In this document: one piece after another, positions 37,001 through 42,090 of the stretch
Layout of the letters: each line of letters opens with the position of its first letter
Position numbering within the stretch: the stretch's first letter is position 1
From: Proteromonas lacertae
Lineage: Eukaryota
Assembly (NCBI GenBank): GCA_002245135.1
Contig: NGBS01000052.1
Coordinates: forward strand, 1-42,090
Reading direction: 5' to 3'
Length of the DNA: 42,090 nucleotides
Notes under the pieces: model-generated
What the model was told of the DNA's origin: nothing
Database searches by the model: none
Seen by the model: the letters and a program-made list of their open reading frames with translations, nothing else
Program-made: the position numbers and the translations under genes

Positions 37001-37360
37001 ATATTCATTAGTTTAAACTTAATTCATAACAAATATTAGGAAATTTCCACTCTTTTCTCAAATTAAATAGTATTCAACAATTAAAATGCTCTAGTCACTA
37101 CATACAATTCATGAAGCAGTATATAAAGATTTTAATATATAATACCTTATAATATATCAAACAATAACAAAATAAGATAGTAATGTAAATATATAGCGAA
37201 AATAAAAAGACTATAGATATATAGATGTTTTATAACAACGTCTTATCTATTTCAAAACCCCAACAAACACCTCTAATATATAAAACCATAACTTGAATAT
37301 GGGGGTATTTTTGGTTATTTTTTCGCTATTCAAGCTGTTCAAGTTAAAGGTTTTTGACTG
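34076..37360 (+). mobile_element. pogo/Tigger-like transposon, 23 bp perfect TIRs, TA TSD
   Basis: TA|CAGTCAAAAACCTTTAACTTGAA ... TTCAAGTTAAAGGTTTTTGACTG|TA. Confidence 0.95.
35180..36781 (+). CDS. pogo/CENP-B-type DDE_1 transposase (DD33D)
   Basis: Psq and CENP-B HTH-like N-terminus; FNMDET, LIMDN, LPPNTTAKLQPLDQG; uninterrupted. Confidence 0.93.
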   Translation: MSCQNSTITRKCNNRTLAEKAEAVYELDNKKTTRAKVRAKLNVVNSTITNWLYNRDTIMKYFDCDKYMATIKREKKTQNPELEKGLKIWFDEAYKKLPLTHIPVTKSLLLSEARILNKNNVGKAIVSQSYIDGFMKRNGLSCIVLHGEASSVGTVNLKPIQDVMSQYEPKYIFNMDETSLFYQQLPQKCVVKNVEKSDFRGFKMSKQRISIAVTVNMDNSVYIPLLFIGKAKKPNCFSDVPKCYTSQHHAWMDSTVFIYWIDEIFMPAVTSTLGDSKILLIMDNFSGHPKELSKEKYKNLEIIYLPPNTTAKLQPLDQGIISALKGNYKTSILNECVKTIDNFEEIRRIKVKNGMGGLKFGKTPNIADSIVYMTTVFNEMKSSTVINCWKQSTIPTVTQMAKLERVLELLPPEEDHSVKLRLALADIIEKIKVLNPINSKSTFITGTSLYSATRIEDLCPFMHFEESPAFQVSVINDTSMNITENIIDSDKKEELMTTKFKRKLNKLYRSCCNMNDVKKQRISKCFDELKTNL

Positions 37361-37386
37361 TATTAAGGGCTACAGACCCAAAATGA

Positions 37387-37427
37387 CTTGACGCTGGACC
37401 ACGAGGCTTGACGCTGGACCCGAGGCT
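37387..37427. repeat. GC-rich tandem repeat CTTGACGCTGGACC(A)CGAGG x2
   Basis: Directly visible. Confidence 0.85.
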
Positions 37428-37632
37428 AAAATAAAAATAGCCGTTTCATTTTTTGAATTTTTAAAAATTTGAATTTTTGAATTTTTAAACTGGCGGTTTG
37501 TGAATCAAGCTTTTTTAAATTTTGAAGTATGGCGAGTACGGGCCTGTGCTCATGCACAGTTTTTTTTATGTTTTTTTTTTTTTTGAAGTATCAAAAAAAG
37601 CATTTAGAGTCATAATTCAATCATAAAAACAA

Positions 37633-37917
37633 TTAATGAGTTGAATTAATTAATCTACTGACTGGTCCTTCTTCTTCAGGTAAATCTTGTTCATCAATTG
37701 TTCGCATTTTTGTAACCGTTCTTGTTTTGTAACGTTTTGTGCGAACGTTGGTTGTCATGACAGCGTAACTTCTCTTCTTTGGCACATCATCATCTTCATT
37801 CGTTAAATCGATGATGAAATGCGCTATTGAAAATTAAATTGAATGTGTATTTATACAAGGTTCATTGTTTTCAGTAGTTAAATCGACTGGTTCTTTAGGA
37901 TTAATGGGTGAAGACAT
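37633..37917 (-). CDS. Spliced 83 aa microprotein with two SIM-like motifs and NLS-like PKKR (exons 37917-37857, 37823-37633)
   Basis: 33 nt GTATAAATA..AG intron; MSSPINPKEPVDLTTENNEPSHFIIDLTNEDDDVPKKR.. Confidence 0.7.
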
Positions 37918-38034
37918 TTTTTCAATAATTTTAAGATTAATTGTAATTTTCAAAATAGATTTGAATGAATAGTATAGAATTCCTATATAAAATTTAAATT
38001 CTATTTTAAACTAATCATTATAACTAAAAAATAG

Positions 38035-38135
38035 TTTTTGGCGCGAAAACCAATTAAGCTAGCTCGCGCTAAATTATTAAAACTCGCTAGTTTTTAAAAA
38101 TAATTCAAATTTTAGACAGAGAGCGCGCGAAATTT
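38035..38135. promoter_or_regulatory. E2F-like sites TTTGGCGCGAAA (38037..38048) and GCGCGAAA (38125..38132)
   Basis: CG-rich consensus matches in an AT-rich background, 120-210 bp upstream of ATG 37917. Confidence 0.5.
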
Positions 38136-38587
38136 AAAAATTCAAAAATTTAAATTTTTAAATTTGCTTAAAATGCCGTTTCATCATTTTCAAAAATGAC
38201 GAAACACAATAATTCTGAAACGGTTCTTCAATTTCATTTCGGACAAGCCAAATAATTATTTTCAAAATGAATTTGCAAGCCAATTTCTTATTTTTCAAAT
38301 TAAATTGAAGTTTGATGCACAAACCGACTGTTCAAGTCAAGCATTTGTCAAAATAGATTTGAATATTTGAAAATTCAAATTTTTGAATTTTCTAAGAAAT
38401 TTCTTCATATTCTATTTTTGACGCAACGATTGAGAATTATTCTTCAATCGACATTGTACAAAATGAATCGTCACATGTACTTTATTTTAGGCAATTATTT
38501 AGTCTAACGGTTTAACCGTTGCTATTTAAATGATGAAAACGCGTTCGAATCTCAATAATAACTTTCATTTTTTTAAAAGAAAAATAA

Positions 38588-38671
38588 TCGTTTTACTTTC
38601 CCTGAAAAAATAGTCGTTTTACTTTCCCTGAAAAAATAGTCGTTTTACTTTCCCTAAAAAAATAGCCGTTT
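38588..38671. repeat. 26 bp tandem repeat x3.2 (TCGTTTTACTTTCCCTGAAAAAATAG)
   Basis: Units start at 38588, 38614, 38640, partial at 38666. Confidence 0.93.
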
Positions 38672-38706
38672 ATTATATAATAAAAAATTAATTCGTTACA
38701 AATTAT

Positions 38707-38943
38707 TTAAACTGTGTGCTTTCTTTTATTCACAATATCTATATATGTCTTTATATCTTCCAATGTCTTGTCATGCTGCAAGCCTTTCTCCATCATATCG
38801 ATCATATTTGAACGAATGTCTGCGATATCTACCTCATTTGGAATACAATTGTGTGCTTTGAAGTATTTGTACAGTGCCAAAGCGAGCATATAGAGTATAA
38901 ATACTAATACAGAGAGTAAAATTGTCATTATATCGTTCCCCAT
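38707..38943 (-). CDS. Small single-pass membrane protein (homologue of 7161..7397)
   Basis: MGNDIMTILLSVLVFILYM..KAHNCIPN..KGLQHDKTL. Confidence 0.85.
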   Translation of the reverse strand: MGNDIMTILLSVLVFILYMLALALYKYFKAHNCIPNEVDIADIRSNMIDMMEKGLQHDKTLEDIKTYIDIVNKRKHTV

Positions 38944-38975
38944 AAGAAAAAATTTTAAATCAATTAACAAAAAAA

Positions 38976-39599
38976 TTAAAATATAATACAATTAGGCCTT
39001 ATAATGCTTTTATCTGTTATTGATTTTGGACTTAAACTAGGAACTGAGTTAACAGGAGACAAGTCTTCTAAACCACTTAAACTGTTTACATTCGATTTTG
39101 TGACCGGTTTTATGTAATTTACCTCTTCTTTTACCTTAATTTCGTCATCTTTTATGTCAATTATCTCTTGTGGAGGTAAAAAGTCCTCTTCTTCCTTCTT
39201 ATGTAATGCTAAAATCTGTTCTAACATCATTCTTGTCTTCTTTTGACCTGCAATTCTGTGTTCTTTGTGTTTACTTAAGGCTTGAGCGAAGCTTGAAGCG
39301 GTTAGTTTTGGCGCGTTAAGAGGTACTTTTACTTGTTCAATGATTGGTCCATTAAAACAACCTGTCTTAAACTTTGATTCTATGTAATATTTGTACTCAT
39401 CTTCGATGTATTTCAATATATATCTTATCTCTGAGTATGTAAGTCTTGATTTTGATCCTGAAATTAAATGATATAATTTCGATTTTGTGGGAGCTCTGAT
39501 TTTACCGTCTTTTCTGAAGCTTCTGATGATTACTTGTTTGTCTAATTCTGTTAATTTGAATGGAACTGTTCTATGTTTAGGTTTTTTATTATCTTCCAT
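38976..39599 (-). CDS. Conserved viral hypothetical protein with CaaX (CIIF), homologue of 6493..7092
   Basis: 207 aa intact; shared N-terminal domain. Confidence 0.85.
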   Translation of the reverse strand: MEDNKKPKHRTVPFKLTELDKQVIIRSFRKDGKIRAPTKSKLYHLISGSKSRLTYSEIRYILKYIEDEYKYYIESKFKTGCFNGPIIEQVKVPLNAPKLTASSFAQALSKHKEHRIAGQKKTRMMLEQILALHKKEEEDFLPPQEIIDIKDDEIKVKEEVNYIKPVTKSNVNSLSGLEDLSPVNSVPSLSPKSITDKSIIRPNCIIF

Positions 39600-39660
39600 A
39601 AAATAAAAATAGTGTCAATATTACTAATATTACCAATATTGACATTATTATTTTTTCAAA

Positions 39661-40626
39661 ATGTTAGTCTCTAATCACCGTGTATACTATTTAAATTCTG
39701 ATATGGTAATGACTACAGGGACATTCGGAGTAGGGAATAGATACAAAAAGACCTTAGCCTTACCATCATTTGATCAAGATTATACTCATGTGTCGTTATT
39801 ACACGCAGTTGTCCCTAATTCTTTCCCTACTATACAAGCAGAGACAAACGATACGTTTCAGTTCTTATTTACATGTGATTATGATAAAGAAGATGGCGCA
39901 GCGCCAGAAAAACCCACAGTATGTGTACCAGTACAAATTCCTGAAGGTTTTTATGATGAGAATCAGATTCTTAAGTTAATCAATGATGGAATACGTTCAA
40001 TAAAATATATAGATTTCGAAATTCCTGATGATGATTTGTTTATAGTTAAGGATATACTATATACACCTGTAATAGAAGGTAATGGTGATTTATTTAAGCT
40101 AGATGATAAAGATGATGAACATACTAGACATTTAAAAATTGCAAGTAAAATGAATGCATTATATAGTTTAACAAAACCTATTTTTTGGATTTCAAAAATA
40201 GAAATAGTAACAAAAGATTTAGCCTACAAGATATTAGGTATTCCAAATAATAACTATTGGTTATGTTATGATAAATTTGTTCCAGGACCTCAAGGAACAG
40301 AAAAAGCTATAGCTGCATTTTCAGTAGATTTCCCATTTACTCAATTACCATATCGTCCATCTCTTATATGGGTTAGTGCGATATCCATTCGTTTAGATAT
40401 TGTAAACATCATTCAAGATTCAAATGTGTTAGAAAATATACCAATAGCAAACCCTGAGTTACCATTCATTACATACCAGAACAATGACATTCTTAATACT
40501 AGCAAAATGTTCAATAATACTTATACCAATGGTCAAATTACTATTCAGATTACTCAACAAAATGGTTATGAACTCAATCTTGATAATATCGAGTTTAATT
40601 TAGATATTGTTGTCTTTAAAGTCTAA
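39661..40626 (+). CDS. Putative minor capsid protein (penton), copy 2
   Basis: 321 aa intact; termini nearly identical to 5451..6407. Confidence 0.8.
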   Translation: MLVSNHRVYYLNSDMVMTTGTFGVGNRYKKTLALPSFDQDYTHVSLLHAVVPNSFPTIQAETNDTFQFLFTCDYDKEDGAAPEKPTVCVPVQIPEGFYDENQILKLINDGIRSIKYIDFEIPDDDLFIVKDILYTPVIEGNGDLFKLDDKDDEHTRHLKIASKMNALYSLTKPIFWISKIEIVTKDLAYKILGIPNNNYWLCYDKFVPGPQGTEKAIAAFSVDFPFTQLPYRPSLIWVSAISIRLDIVNIIQDSNVLENIPIANPELPFITYQNNDILNTSKMFNNTYTNGQITIQITQQNGYELNLDNIEFNLDIVVFKV

Positions 40627-40656
40627 TTTTTATTTTATTTTTATTTTGTGTTTCTG

Positions 40657-42090
40657 ATGTCTCTAACTATCCCAAAAGAGCAAAAACACGGTGTAGACGT
40701 TCCAGCAATGATGGCCTTTTACCAGTATGTCAAGTTGACACCAATGGAAACTAAATCATTCTATCAACTTAAAGATAACACTTATTCAGATGAAATAAGG
40801 TTCGAATTAAGTGGTGAGAACATTATAAACCTTGCAAAGTCTTACATTCAATATGATATCGAAATTGAAACTCATTCACTTGCTGCAGCAAATGCATTAA
40901 AAAAATTGATCTTAGTGGTAATGTAGCAGCTAGTGGTGAGTTATATCCAAAATATATAAAAGGAATGAAAGAAGGATTTGGATTAGCAGCATTTCGTTTA
41001 TGTAATAATACAGGAACAGATCTAGTTAAGCTTGATGACAATTATGAACACTATAGAGTGTTTATGGATGAATTAGTGAGAAAAAGATCTGACGATTTTT
41101 ATCAATCAAATTATTATGATGGAATTCAATTAAAATGGAATGATGAATACCATGATCATTTAATTCTTGATGAAAATGAATGGGAAATGGATAAAGAAGA
41201 AGCTACATTTGTTACAGCTACTGGAACAACAGATAAATATCAACAGTATAAGAAGTCTAAAACTATTCATGTAAAGATGTTTTTAGGTAAATTTTACAAT
41301 ACATTTTTATCAATGAAAAGTGATGTATTCTTTGGAGAGAGAATGTATTTATGTTTCAATTTCCAACAAAGTCCTAAATTTGGACAAATTATGGGTTTTA
41401 ATAATGATGCTGGTGTTGAAACAACAATAAACTGGCCTGCAGATGGAATAAGACCAGATTCAATTAAATTCAAGAATTTTTATTTCTATGCTTATTTGAA
41501 TAAGGATACTCAATGTAATAACAATACAAGAAGTTATTGTTTATCTAAACCAATCCAGTTCAATGATGTAAAGTGTCATACATTAACAGTAAATCAAGGT
41601 GGATCTGGACAATTTAACTATTCCTTTACATTGAACAGTTCAAATGGACCATTCTTACGTTACATTATCTATAGACCGTGGATCGAAGGAACTCAAACAG
41701 CACACGATGGTAAGAGTGGAACAGCAGAAAATAGATATGCCAGTAATTCCTGAAAATGCACAATTCAGATGGATGATTAACGATTTTGTGTATCAACCAG
41801 ACTATTCATTAATGCAGTATTATGATAGTTACATGACTGTACAAGATTATTTCAAAGATTCATGGTTTGATATATTCAAAAGACATATTCCTTTTGAAAA
41901 GAAGTTCTTTGAAATTTTGAATTTTGGATCTAAAAGACTTGATAATATCAAGAATCAATCAGGAAGACCATTAGCTAGTGACTTAAAGATCACTTTTGAG
42001 TTGTCTACTCCTGGTACAAATGATTTCACTAACTTTAATATCACTCATCGTTTCTATAGTTACAGGAAGAATGTGTACAATCAATGGAAG
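40657..42090 (+). pseudogene. Putative major capsid protein, copy 2; frameshifts near 40900, 41740 and 42058; truncated by window
   Basis: ORFs 40648..40926, 40965..41753 and downstream IPENAQFRWMINDFVYQPDY align with copy 1. Confidence 0.75.

Larger units (their letters stand above)
37361..42090. mobile_element. Endogenous Polinton-like virus/virophage-like element, copy 2 (runs off window; left limit uncertain)
   Basis: Same four-gene module as copy 1, inverted, plus a motif-rich non-coding arm. Confidence 0.75.

Noticed and set aside
38588..38671. CRISPR-like array
   Set aside because: Units are contiguous with no unique spacers; eukaryotic context and no cas genes
1902..39979. Numerous short antisense/overlapping ORFs (e.g. 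1902..2150, 3595..3849, 13375..13731, 20319..20672, 27694..27963, 33164..33415, 39770..39979)
   Set aside because: Shadows of real genes or low-complexity AT-rich frames
40657..42090. Programmed frameshifting in the capsid gene
   Set aside because: Frameshift positions differ between copies; decay or sequencing indels are more likely
3930..42090. Copies 1 and 2 as the inverted terminal repeats of one giant element
   Set aside because: Too diverged for TIRs, and host genes lie between them

Overview
Very AT-rich eukaryotic (protist-like) DNA with 28-37 nt GT-AG introns. A flagellated, possibly anaerobic protist is inferred from HYDIN fragments and an organelle-targeted aspartase. Only two host genes look intact, aspA and an LRRC40-like gene, arranged head-to-head at 29.6-33.5 kb. 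The rest is a nest of mobile DNA. It holds three distinct endogenous Polinton-like virus (PLV)/virophage-type elements. Two (about 1.9-9.7 kb and 37.4-42.1 kb, opposite orientation) share a penton + major capsid module set head-to-head with a CaaX-ended protein and a small membrane protein; the first also carries an A32-type ATPase. The third is more divergent, and its ATPase is split by an 8.5 kb CACTA/CMC transposon carrying two nested hAT elements. Also present are an intact pogo/Tigger element, a TGTTGTG-ended MITE family and duplicated HYDIN fragments. Highlights: conserved prenylation boxes, an AT-hook core-like protein, a spliced tandem-SIM microprotein behind E2F-like sites, conserved palindromic operators, and independent Walker A lesions in both ATPases. 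No pPolB, integrase or protease gene was recognised, so viral classification is provisional.
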